Source: Minutocellus sp. GHC0000111 (taxonomy: Eukaryota). Taken from it: DNA of 64,000 nt. The notes beneath the pieces are model-generated. The model saw only the letters and a list, made by a program, of their open reading frames with translations, made no database searches and was not told the origin of the DNA. Every line of letters begins with the position of its first letter. The first letter of the stretch is position 1. The stretch covers positions 3,782,001 to 3,846,000 of the forward strand of contig OZ361256.1 in assembly GCA_977018835.1 (NCBI GenBank). Reading direction: 5' to 3'. The translations under genes were made by a program, and so were the position numbers. Shown piece by piece: positions 1 to 12,307 of this stretch.

Positions 1-36
1 GAATGCGCATGTACTAGTAAGAGGACCAAGCGACGG

Positions 37-3000
37 ATGGGCCAACGCCGGCGGCGCTCGGCCATTGGCATGTCGTTCGCCGCCGCTCTGGTCGGCACGG
101 CTGCCGTGGTATCTGTCGGTGGTGGTCCCAGTACCGGCGTTGGATTGGCAGAAGCTTCCACCAGAGGCCACAGCAGTTACAATCGTGGTGGTACTTCCAG
201 TGCAGCACCAGCGGGGTCTGTGCCATCTCATCGGCAGGGCGGTGCGTCTGCTTCGTCGGCGCGTCGAAGGCAGAAAGACTATGCCCGTGATGGTGTGCTT
301 TCGTATGAAGATGTAGACGCCGGTGGGGGCATGTTTGCCGGCGCAGGAGGCGGAAGCAGCAGCGACAGCGAGGGTGACATGTTTGGCGACGACGAAGAGG
401 ATTGGTTGTTCGTCGACGCCTCGTCGGCTTGGTCGATGAGGATTGCCGCTGGTGGTGCCTCTAGTGAAACTGCTGATGGCGGCGATGGCAACAGCGGCGA
501 GAGTGATAGCGCCAGTGCATCTGCGCCTGAGAATGCAAGTGGTTCTAGTGGCCAGGAAGCCGACGCGGTATCTGTTGACGATGAAAATGCAGAATCGGAG
601 AGCACCGCTGGACAATCTCAACCCCTCCGGACGCTGAAGAAGCTCCAGGCCATGCTGGACGATTCTGATTATGCCACCGCGGCAACAGCCACATCAGCAG
701 TAGCGAAAGCACCGGCGGCAACAGCTGCTGCTTCTACCAAGCTGTCGTTTGAGGACGATGCTGGTATGGCAACACAGCCAGCAATGCCCGATGTTGCTGC
801 TACGAGCCTTTCAACGCAGCAGCAGTCAACGCCGCCGCAGCAACAACCGCAAAAACAAGAAGCAGAAGCAGAAAAGCTGTGGACGAGCAAGGATAGGAGC
901 AAGTACAAGAAGCAGCGCCGGCTGAGACAGGAGAGAGAACGCAGGGAGCAGCTCGAAGAGCAGAGACGCAAGTGGCAGCAGGCAGGACTCTCATTGTCGT
1001 CGGATGATGATGACGTCGACCAAAAGAGTGAAAGGGATGACGATGCCGCTGCTGCCTTAGTTGCGACTGATACCGATGATGATGCCTTCCTTACGGATGG
1101 CACAACGACGGAAGACGATGGACTTGGTTACTCCTTGCCTAACCTACCCGTTTACCTCAGTGATAGCGAGGGCAACTCGGATGATTTTGAGCTGCTCGAT
1201 GATGATGATGATGACGAAGGAGATCACCGTGTGCCTCCTCCGCCACCTTCTGCAGCACAGCAATTTCACCAACACCAACAGAGCCAACAGCGAGCGCAGT
1301 CTTATTCTTCTCAACAGCAGCCCTTGCTACCACCATCACAGGCGCAGTATCAGTACCACGGGCAAGGCCAAGGCCAGCAGTCTCCATCGCCTTCTGCCGC
1401 ATCGTACAATCAGCTGATATCTGGGAATCAACAGCAGCAGCTTCTACCAGGCGATCCATACCTTCAGTATCCGCCCTACAATCCTTATCAATACTATCCA
1501 CAGCAACAACAGCAGCAGGGTGGACCTCCTATGAACTATCCGTACCCATTCCCTGGAGCTGCTGCGCCGAATCATCAATACAATCAGCAATAGTACGCGC
1601 AATATATGCAACAATACGCAGCTTGGGCCGCGGCAGCTGCTGCCGCACAGGCAAACTCGGGAGGATCAAGCGCTTACCCTCCCCCGCCGCCACAGGGGCC
1701 GCCTCCCTATCAGCAGTCGAATTACGATGGTAATGCGCAGAGATCTTACTCGCAGCAAAGTCCGTACGCACAAGGAGGCTTCGTCCCACAACCATATGCT
1801 ACAATGCCGCTCCCTTCCGTGGGTGCAGGTACTAAGGGCATTTCTAGCAACACTCAGACTTCTGCAAGGACCAAGGCCGACGTCAAAGCGAAGGGTGATG
1901 ATACAAATGTCTCGTCGGCTCATTTCCAAGGTCCTGGTCACGAAAGAGCAGCCTCAGGTGCTCTTCCACCGCAGCCGCAACAGGTGCCGCCAAGCGTCCC
2001 TTTTGTTCCTCAGCAGCCCATGCCCATGGAAATGATGCACGTGGTAGAATATGGTCAGGAGGTATCTTTGGCCGAAGCAAGCGCCAACATATCATTCGAT
2101 TCCATCCAAAAGCTTGTTTTCGTCATGGTGGGAGTGATGCTGATGAGCTACTGAGTCCGGGGCGATACAGCCCGTCGTCGAGTACAACATGCGCTTCAAG
2201 GAAAATTTGCAGATTGTGTCCCTCGTCTTGATTGCTCCCATCATCACTTCTATATCCGTCTTCGATGCCAAGGAGAGCGATATCAACCATGCGATTAGCA
2301 CCTTCACAAGCACCTTCACGCTGGGCTATGTCATGTGCTTTGTTTCCGAAATAATTTGGACAACAATCCTTCGATTGGGTGTATTCCTGATCTGGGAACC
2401 CGCGATATTCAAGCTTACGCCAAGAGTGCCAACCATTGTCCTTCCATGGGTCTTGAGAGAGAATAAGTATCGGCCGAAACGCATCACGCTCTTCGCCGCC
2501 GACTTTGCATCAAGCTGCTTAGCCGCCCCAATCATCGAGGAGTACATAAAGCTCAAGCTTGTACAACTCGGTGGCCGATTGCCTCGCAACTACAGGAGAG
2601 TCAAAAGGAAAAAGGCGGTAAAAAAAGAGCGGCAAGACGAAGAAGAAGCGCAAACGATACACTCTCGAGAAGATTGAAAGGGGTCCCGGCGAAGCTGAGG
2701 TGACGAATGTGAATGTTTTCATCACCCAGATGATCGCTGCCAGTGTGGGCTTGAAGCTCTGTGACAGCGTACGGCGAATCCTCATGTACACAAAGAGAAC
2801 AGATGCCAGCAAACCATTTTACGCCTTTGCTCGGGGCGTCTTTCCCATCCACGAATTATGTGGCACAATGACTGCCATTGAGTTGGCCAAGCGAGATTTA
2901 CTTGGTGTCGACCTGCCGCTGTGGCGAATTCTATTGCCTGCCGTCTTCATCCACGGAATGGCAAACTTTCGAGGCATGAAGCCTCTTTTCAAATGGAATT

Positions 3001-3278
3001 CGTCTACTCCCTGGTCTGAAATGCAGTTGAGCCCTTGGAATGTAGCGGATGATTCTACGTTGGGTCAGATGGTGAGCAAGGGGCTGGCAAAGCTCACTTG
3101 GCTCATCATTCTTGGTCGCGTCCTCGGCTACTGTATCAAGAACTATTATCTTCTCAAACGTCAAGCGATGAAACGGACGACAATTTACGCCGGCAAGCAA
3201 GCTGCTTTCTCCGCCGAGCTAGCAGCGACAGATTATCTGAAGAAAACCAAGAAGAAGGGCAAGGGCAATCAGGATTGA
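37..3278 (+). pseudogene. PrsW-family intramembrane metalloprotease-like protein with long acidic/Gln-Pro-rich N-terminus; disrupted in this assembly
   Basis: ORFs 37-1593, 1606-2154, 2189-2677 and 2700-3278 join into one protein. The C-terminal multi-TM region has PrsW-type motifs APIIEEYIK, IHELCG and HGMAN. Lesions: in-frame TAG at 1591, frameshift near 2152, frameshift in the A-run at 2620-2626. No splice signals explain them. Confidence 0.6.
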
Positions 3279-3360
3279 TAGTCTAGCTACGCAGATAGCA
3301 AAAACTGGGTTCGACATATTTTCACTACTTATTCATTCATAATATTGTATTCTAATCAGC

Positions 3361-6300
3361 CTAATGCTTCTCAGCCTTGAACATGCTCAGCATTCTGTAG
3401 GACACTGCGAAGCCACCGAAAACGTTTATGGCTGCCACAGTTATGGCAGTGCATCCTAGTACATTGGCCGCCGAGCCCCTTGGAAGGGATGCCATTAGCA
3501 TACCTCCAAGGATTACAACGCCCGACAAACTATTGCTCGTGGACATGAGTGGACTGAAGAGCGCCGGCTCAACGCTCCAGATCAGGTAGTAACCTAGGAA
3601 TCCAGCGAGAATGAAGTACAAGAGCTGAGACACGAAGGTGATGTGGGCATAGGCGGCGACGATACCGAAGAAGAAGGCGCCAAAGGCAAGACCACAGAGT
3701 TCGCCGACGGTGGTCAGATCGAAGACTCGCTTTGAGAACACCGATGGCTTCTTTTCGATGGGACTGTCTTTATCTTCGTTCGTCATCTTCTTCTCTCCGT
3801 TTTCAGTAGGAACGGCCGCTGTCTTGGTAACATTAGCCGGTGGAGGCCAGGTAATCTCTCCATCCTTTACGACAGTCATTCCGCGAATGACCTTGTCGTC
3901 CATGTTGATGTTGAGCTTGCGAACTTCCTCGCTGCCCTTGAGGGGTTTGGGACAGAGCAAGTCCATTAGATTTGCCATATTGTTGGCATACATGGACGAT
4001 GCCTGCCATGACATTCGACCAATCAAGTCGGTTGAGCCAATGATTGTGACACGATCATCGTAGAGATACGTCTCCCCTGGACGAGTGAGCTCGCAGTTAC
4101 CACCAGTTGCACCGGCAAGGTCTACAATGACTGAGCCGGCCTGCATGTTATCGACGGCATCCTTCATAATAAGTTTTGGAGCAGGACGGCCGGGAATTGC
4201 AGCGGTAGTAATGATGACTCATTCCTTGGCTTGTTCACGGAACAGCTCCATCTCCCGTGAAATGAATTCATCGCTCGTTATCGTTGCGTATCCAGATGCA
4301 TCGCCCCCGTCTTCGGAGCCAAAGTCGAGGACCAGAAACTCGCCGCCCATGCTTTCTACTTGATCCTTTGTTTCCAAACGAGTATCGAAGGCTCTTACAA
4401 TAGCCCCCACTAAGTCAAAGAGAGAAGGGAAAGAAAGAGAATTGTTAGAACAAGCATACGATCGAATCAATTGAGAATAATTCTAGCTAGTGGTACTCAC
4501 TGTTGGCTCCCGAACCGATGGCGGCAAGGCCTGCTACTCCTGCGCCTACTACTAAAATCTTGCAGGCATCAAATTTACCAGCAGCGGTCACCTCGCCGTT
4601 CAGGAAGCGTTGATAAACATTTGCTGCTTCGATAACAGCCCGGTACCTTTGGAAGTGAAAGAGAATGAGAAGGAAGGATAGCGATGAGGTTAGGACATTT
4701 AAATGGTCTAAATACATTTTGTGTATCGGTGTTGAAGATGGTACTTACCCTGCAATCTTTGCTTGTGAAGAGAGGACATCAAGAGACTGAGCGCGGCTGA
4801 TACGAGGAATGGCATCTACGGCGAGGAGGTTAATGCCAGCCGCAGCCGCCCTTTCCATAAGAGCCTTTCCTCCGTCGGTGCGAGGATTGACAAAGCTAAC
4901 CATTGTTTGCCTTTGGGCAACATGTCGATCTCATCCATGGAAGGTTCCTTGATTTTGATGATAACATCAGCTGTGTTGTATACTGAAACGGTGTTGGGTA
5001 GGATTTTGGCACCGACATCTTCATAAGAGGCATTGGAAAACCCCCCACCTTCGCCGGCACCGCTTTCAACAAAGACATGCATTCCATTTCGAAGAAGGCG
5101 CTTGGCGGCGTCGGGGACAATGGCGACACGCTTTTCGCCATCTCCGGACTCCTTGGACACACCAATTTTTAGAAAGGCCTCCTCTTGAAGCGCTGGGATC
5201 TTGGCGATGAACGGATCGACGACAGGAGGGGCAAACTTTGCAGCTGGGGACTCTTCATCGACGGTAGCTCCATTTGCTGTGGCTGGACCTTCCAACTTTG
5301 CAGGTTCCCTAGCGCGAAGTAGATCTACCAACGTGTCGACAGATTTCTTGGCGTCGCCGAGGAACATGGAATTGTTCGTTTCCACAAATAATGGGTTGTC
5401 GACGCCAGCATATCCAACCCGTAAACTCCTCTTCATTACAATAGTCTGCTTTGCTTTCCAGACCTCCAGCACTGGCATGCCCGCGATGGGAGAATCAGGG
5501 TCTGTCTGGGCAACTGGATTGACAGTATCGTTTGCTCCGATGATTAGCACCACGTCCGTTTGGGGAAAGTCGTCATTGATCTCGTCCATTGAGAGGATGA
5601 TGTCGTAAGGAACCTTGGCCTCAGCGAGTAGGACTGTGGTGATGTAAGGGAAGACAACGAAGAGAAAATAAATAAGATTCAATTATTTGGGTCCAGTCGA
5701 TGTTCACAATGAAGACATCAAGAACAGGTTTTGTGGCTTACCATTCATGTGACCGGGAAGTCTACCTGCGACTGGATGGATTGCAAAACGCACATTGATG
5801 CCACGCGACCGGAGAGTGGTTGTCATGGATGCGATTGCGTGTTGGGCTTTTGATACTGCCATGCCATAGCCAGGTACGATGATAACTGATGAGGCATCGG
5901 TGAGCATATCAGCAACATCTTCAGCAGTAACTTCCGTCACAGAACCCTCAGCCTTCTTCTTCTCGCCCTTGACCTTGTGGCTCTTTGTGGCGCCATCGCC
6001 AAATCCACCAATCAACACATTTGTGATGGATCGATTCATCGCACGGCACATGACCAAAGTGAGAATGATACCACTGCAACCTACAAAGGCTCCGGCCACC
6101 ACAAGGGCCTTGTTGACGAGCATAAAACCAGCGCACGATGTGCTGAATCCAGACAGACTGTTGAGGAAAGAGTTCGATACTGGCATATCGCCTCCACCGA
6201 TGGCCATGACTGCTGTGAAGCCCCAAATAGACGAAATCACGGCCACCAGAACAATGAAGGCCAATCCTTCCTGGCGCTGATTCCACGTCCTGTCTCCACC

Positions 6301-7243
6301 GTTGAAGGCGAGGACGCTGAAGATAATGATTCCCGCTGCCATCAACAAGGTGCACAACGACCGGTAGGGTATGACACGTGGCTTGGAGGCAATGGTTCCA
6401 TGTAGCTTGAGAACAGCAACGATCGATCCTGTGAACGTCATGCAACCAATCACTATCGATAGGATCATCGCAATGGCCTGCACCCAAAGCATGGAGGACG
6501 TCTGATCCATAATATAGTCTCCAGCGCGAATGAAGCTGGTGGCCCGTGGATCGAGATAAAGACCGATGCCCTCAAGTGCTGCAGCCAATCCACCAAATCC
6601 GTTGTAGGCTCCTACCATCTCTGGAAGACATGTCATTTTCACTTTGAGGGCAGTGATCACACCGATGAGAAGACCTGGCGCGATGCATACGGCAATGAGC
6701 CATCGGCCATGATCGTAAGTGTAGTTGGTATCGAACCAATATCCAAACATGAGACATAGCATACCGATGATGCCGTCTATTGAGTTTATGCAGTTGTGAG
6801 GTGATGGTGATATGAAATAGTTGTGAGTATCAGTATCTCAAATTGAGCATGTTGAAGCTGAACAATGTAGATCTCATAGTATCAGTTAATCTCAAATTGA
6901 GCATGTTGAAACTGAAACAATGTGGATCTCAAATGAGTTCGTACTACTTACAAACCATCCCCATTTTCGCCGTGGGTACCTTCGAAAGTCCCATTAAGCA
7001 TAATATGAAGCATGTAATGCCGATGACCACTGTCGTTTAGATTTGAAAAAAGGACGAAAAGGGTGGTTAGGTATTGGTTCGGTTTCGCTTCCGATTCGAG
7101 TACAAAGATGAGAATGAAATGAAATGATAGTGGCTTACCGACGGCTGAAAATCAGGCCAAAGAAGGTGTGTGCAATGCAAAAGAAAGAGAGCAGAGAAGA
7201 AAAGGGGCGTAAGATTACGCTGATCGGCAATTGAAAGCTTCAT
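3361..7243 (-). CDS. NNT: Proton-translocating NAD(P) transhydrogenase, single-chain beta-alpha fusion (two lesions in this assembly)
   Basis: Beta motifs [35 protein letters not shown] and IGANDTVNP. Alpha motifs [41 protein letters not shown] and GGNCELT. Inferred exons: 7243-7219, 7144-7139, 7029-6952, 6777-5742, 5633-4749, 4646-4501, 4409-3361. Frameshift at ~4906 and in-frame TGA at 4219-4221. Confidence 0.93.
6827..6932. repeat. Imperfect tandem duplication (~55 bp x2) inside an NNT intron
   Basis: gtatcagt..atctcaaattgagcatgttgaa(g/a)ctgaa..caatgt(a/g)gatctca occurs twice in succession. Confidence 0.85.
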
Positions 7244-7703
7244 TGATTTGATGCTTGGCACGGCGTCGCGAAAGATCGTCTCCGCATCCGAGCCAAAAAG
7301 ATAGGGCGTGACACCTGCGCCGACAAAAGGCGGCGCGCTACTTACTATCCAACCACGTGTCGTCGACCCAGACGGTGTTGCTGTCCATGATGTCGTATGA
7401 AATTAGGTTACTTGCTGTGCTCTGTAATTCAATGTTGTTCTTTTCGTTATGAGCGCAAGTGCAATTGGATCAGAGGCGTGTCAACCAGCCACGGCAAATA
7501 CAAAATCTTCTTTCGGCCTCATGTTCGAGTTCTGGTTCGGCCAGCGCCCAAAGCGAACCCTACTACAGCCTTTGTCGAATGAGTCGAGTCACACTTTTAG
7601 CAGTCGAAAAAACGCACAAGATGTGCTAAGAATTCTCGAACACGTTCAATCGTCATCCCTTCTTCCTGCATGCGTATCTTGGCACTTGCTAATCATCAAG
7701 AGC
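7244..7703. promoter_or_regulatory. Probable bidirectional promoter between NNT and GPD2, with a CACGTG box at 7354-7359
   Basis: About 460 bp separate the divergent start codons. One G-box/E-box hexamer is present; its function is untested. Confidence 0.4.
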
Positions 7704-10241
7704 ATGCTCCGCTACGCAACGACGGCGAACAAGCGCCACATTGCTGCTGCGGTGGGTGCGGCGGGCAGTGCCGTCACCTTTTACGCCCTCACATCATCCT
7801 ATCCTTTGGATTTGCGTGATGAAAAGCTCGGGAAAGATGATGCGGATCACTTCACGTACCGTCATAATCTCACCGGCGTTGCCCTGACCGAGGGTGCCAA
7901 TCCGGCCTTTACCGTATCTCCGCGCTTGACTCGTCATCCGTTCATCTCCAAAGAGATTCCAACGCGCGACCAGCAAATGGCCCGTCTTTCGGCCGGTGAC
8001 GAGGAATTCGATGTGCTGGTTATCGGCGGCGGAGCTACCGGCAGTGGTGTCGCTCTCGATGCCCAGATGAGAGGACTCAATACGGCCCTGATTGAGCGAG
8101 CCGACTTCTCCTCCGAGACCTCAAGCCGTTCGACGAAATTGATCTGGGCTGGCATTCGCTACATCGCCACTGCCACTAGTCAGCTTTTGAGGTTCAAGAA
8201 TCTAACCAGGCCCATCGACGCAATAAGCGACTTTACCGATGAATTCAAAATGGTCATGGGAGCACACAAGGAACGTCGCATCTTGCTCGAGAATAATCCA
8301 CACTTGACGAATTGGGTGCCCATTGCCGTTCCACTGAAAGAGTGGGTTCAGTGGCCTCCACCGTTCGGCCACCCTCTCTTTGCCAGCGTCCCTTTGGTGT
8401 TTCCTGCCATTCTGAAGTTTTATGACTCCCTGTCGGGCTTCAGTTGCCCTCCTTCGCATCTCATGTCCAAGTCCAGGGCCAAGAGGAAGTTTCCTCAGCT
8501 GGATGAAGATGTCAAGTATGTCTCGGTATTTTATGAGGGACAGCACAACGATGCTCGAACGGCAACGTGTATTGCCTTGACCGCTGCGGAGGAAGGCGCC
8601 ACGGTATGCAATTATACCGAAATGACGGGAATTATCCGAGCAGATAGAGACAAGGGCAAGGCCGTCGGCATCAAATGCAGAGACAATTTGACTGGAAAGG
8701 AATTTGAAGTCAGAGCCAAATGCATTATATTCTCGGGCGGTCCCTTTACTGATTCCCTCCGAAAGTTAGAAGATCCCGACGCCAAACCCGCTGTTGCTGC
8801 GGCTGCTGGAACCCACATAGTTCTTCCTGGTTATTATTCGCCTGAAGGAATCGGACTGCTCGATATCAACACTTCCGATGGTCGGTTCCTCTTCTTTTTG
8901 CCTTGGCAGGGATTCACAATCGTCGGCACCACAGACCGGAAGGGGCCTGTTGAATCCACACCGGAGGCACCTGAGCAAGAGATCCAGTGGCTGCTGCACG
9001 AGGCGGAGAAATACCTTGCCAAGGATTTGAAGGTTAGAAGGAGTGACGTTTTGAGCGCCTGGCAGGGATTTCGCCCGTTAGCGTCAGATCCCAACGCACC
9101 ACCCGGAGCGCCTGTCAGCCGTGACCATATCATTTCTACCAACCCTGATACTGGAATCACTTTCATTACCGGCGGGAAGTGGACAACGGTGAGTTTTTGC
9201 ATTGGAGAGAAGATTTTGCTGGGACATTGTTCAATTTTTGGGATATTATTCACTCATTATATTTTCATTTCTTGCCAATTAATAACTACTTCTTGCTGGT
9301 AGTACCGGGAAATGGCGGAAGACGTTCTGAACAAAGTGCTCCCGAGAAATGGGTTGGGCGACAAGGCAGGTCCCTGCCTTACCGAGCACAGGCCCCTTCG
9401 AGGAGGCGTTGGCTTTACCAGAAATGTCCCGGTGCAGCTTGTTCAGGAATTTGGAGTTTCCGAGGAGACGGCGAAGCATTTGGCAAGAACATACGGCATG
9501 AATGCATTCGATGTCTGCAAACTGACCCGACCAACTGAAAAAAAGTGGCCTCGATTTGGTAGCATCCTTATCGAGGGATTCCCGTACCTAGAGTGCGAGG
9601 TGGAATATGCCTGCAAAAAGGAGATGAACTGCTCCGTTATCGACTTTCTTACTCTTAGAACAAGGCTCGCTTACCTCAACAAGGATGCTGCCATTGAAGC
9701 GGCCCCAAAAGTGGCCGATCTAATGGCCAAGGCGATGGGATGGTCAAAGAGGGAACGAAATCGGCAGCTCGACACAGCCCTCAAGTCCTTGAACGAATTT
9801 GGCGGCCCCGTTCCTCTCAAGAATGCTGCAACAATATCTGCCCACATCATCGCCGACCTTCATGCTCTCTTTGAGACCTTTGATGCCAATCAAAACGGGT
9901 GAGTAGGCATTCTAATCTATATGCCCACATTCCATCATCTCTGGAACCATTCTAACTTTCTCGTTTTTGCTTTCTCGCTGATTTTCAGATACATCGAGTT
10001 CGACGAAATGCAAATCATGGCAGCTCAGCTTGGAGCTCCCTTCAAGAGCGTCAAGGAGGCCCGCAAAACGTGGCAACAAATGGACACTGCAGGAACCGGG
10101 AGGGTAAAGGAAGAACAGTTTGTCGAGTGGTGGTACAACAAAGAGCAAGATGTTCTGCGGAAGAAGCTCAGTGAGCAACTTGGATTCAGCGCCGACAAAC
10201 TTGGTAAGGGCGCCAAATCTCGCGGCGTAGTCTTTGGATGA
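7704..10241 (+). CDS. GPD2: Mitochondrial FAD-dependent glycerol-3-phosphate dehydrogenase with C-terminal EF-hands
   Basis: Motifs DVLVIGGGATGSG, TSSRSTKLI, DGRFLFFLPW, GGKWTT|YREMAE and RTRLAYLN. EF-hand DANQNGYIEFDE. Introns 9189-9302 and 9899-9988. Start MLRYATT is followed by a hydrophobic anchor. Confidence 0.95.
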
Positions 10242-10592
10242 GCAGGGAGGTGACTGGAAGGTGAAGTGGAAGGTCCATATTTCTACATATAAAATTATCT
10301 CACATAGTTAGGAGCTAGCCAGCCAGTCTAGTAGCACTTCAGATCTATCGAGAAAACGTTCCAATATCTTCTGGTTGCTTTCTCAACGAGATCTCATTTG
10401 ATCAAAATGGACTGGATTTGAATTTATTTTGGCTTCTCTGTGACCTATGCAGATTCTCATCTCACGCCAACATTGATGGAGTGAGAGTGAGGAAAATCGA
10501 CAGGTTTTGAATTTAGAAGGCTTGATTGTTCGACATGGAGCAACAGATTAGAAGATGGCCGAAAACAAACCATCACAATTTACGAAAAGGAG

Positions 10593-12124
10593 ATGGAACC
10601 AAAGCTGGCAATGTCTGAACGATCTGTAGTTGCCGAAGACATCAACCAAAAGGTTGAGGACGGGATCAAATCTTTTGAAGGTTTCCAGAAGAAGCTCCAA
10701 TGTATTATCCACGCCTTGAATGCCCAGCACTCCTCGATGATTGAGCTGAATAGCAATCGGTTGAAGGTAAGATGTGCTCGAGATGATCAATACACATAAA
10801 TTCACGGAGTTTGATTGCTCGAGAATTTTCCTCACACAAATGGCTTTGCACTTTATACCCCTGTACCTAGGTACTGCCCTCCTCCTCACTTAGACGGCAA
10901 AGCTCCTGGCGAGATCTTTCACGGAGGATAGTCCCATCGCTTATGTCACTGGCGAGGCCCGAGCCCCCCCCCATTACGTCGGCTGTCGATTTGACTCCGT
11001 GCGACCCTTCTCTCGCAAACTCTTACCGTGTTACTATTCTCGGCGGGGGTGACTTTGCCGATGAAGATAATGCGGATGCTTCACTTCCGACCGGCGCCGA
11101 AGAGGCTGCTCCAGGTCTTGTAGAAGAGTCTGTCCACGGTAGTAGCAGTGATGGTTCGGGTTCGCAACGGTCCGTCATCTCCGTTGAGCTGATTGAATCT
11201 GACCACTGTACCGAGGCCTCCATCAAGGATGACAGCGCCGAAAGTGGCGGTACTGACGACGATACAATCGATGAAGTTGGCGGAGAGAAGGATGATGAGA
11301 AGGGGTCCCTTGCTTCTCATGCCGATACCGAGAAGGAGGACAGCAACAACGAAGAAGAGGACGAGTTTAAGGACGGCGGTGATGTTGCAACCACTAGCAC
11401 TAGAAGCACCAACCTTTTGGGGGACGATGCTAGTAGGACCGTCGATCGTCCCAAGTTTTCCACTGTTGATGTGTATCTGTCGGCTTTCCAGCTCGGTGAA
11501 GATCACGCCAGACTCTTTAAAACTTCGATTATTGATTATGTCGTCGAATGGCACGATATTGTTACGTCCAGGGTCAAGGCGAGAGTCATCGAATTCACAA
11601 GGCTCAAGGCGAATTTAGTTCATTACCAAAAGAAGGTAGGAGGTCTTGTAGAGAGTGCCGAGAAGGCTAGGCGTCAAGCCAAGTCCAGCGCTAGTAGGCA
11701 GCCTGCTCCAACCGATACCAGCCTTCGCGGTATGTTCAACTCCATGGCGATGTCACGTTCTGATTCAAGCAGGGGCAAACTCGAGGCGCAGTTGGACCGC
11801 AACCGGCTCAAGCTCGGAGGCGCCAGTGAGGTGTTTACGATGTATGGTCAATCTCTCATTCTTCTCATCGATGAGGTGGTGAATCGAGCCTGGAGGGACA
11901 TACTCCCCGTGCTCCTTCGTTCCATCAATCTTGACTTGCACCAGAGCAAGAATATCGCATCAATCTTTGCGGCCTCTCAAGTTCTAGCCACCGAACTCGA
12001 ACTTCTCGGAGAGGAGCATACAGTTGATATGCAAGGTAGGCTCCAGAACGTAAAGGAGTTACACCCCGAGGAGATCTACACCGGCACCGAGTCCATTGTC
12101 CGACCCGTCCTCAGGTCCAAGTGA
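10593..12124 (+). CDS. BAR-domain-like helical protein with acidic insertion
   Basis: Exon 10593-10766, intron from 10767 (acceptor at 10870 or 10893), then amphipathic helices (YVVEWHDIVTSRV, LVHYQKKV, LDRNRLKL). Confidence 0.55.
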
Positions 12125-12307
12125 GGAAGCTTGAGAGAGCTGTGTTGATGGGGAAATGGATGTGAAAAGAGAAAGTGAAGTCGAGCACGGAGCAAAGGAT
12201 TTAAGCAGATGTATCAATATTAATACTTACTGTAATGAACGAATAGTAAATATGGAATTTTGCATTATGTAGTTTACATGACTCTCCTTCTTTCTTAGCG
12301 CAAATGG

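Noticed and set aside
4219..4221. Selenocysteine at the NNT TGA, where Cys might be expected
   Set aside because: The conserved Asp that should follow is also missing, which indicates a small deletion. I saw no SECIS-like structure.
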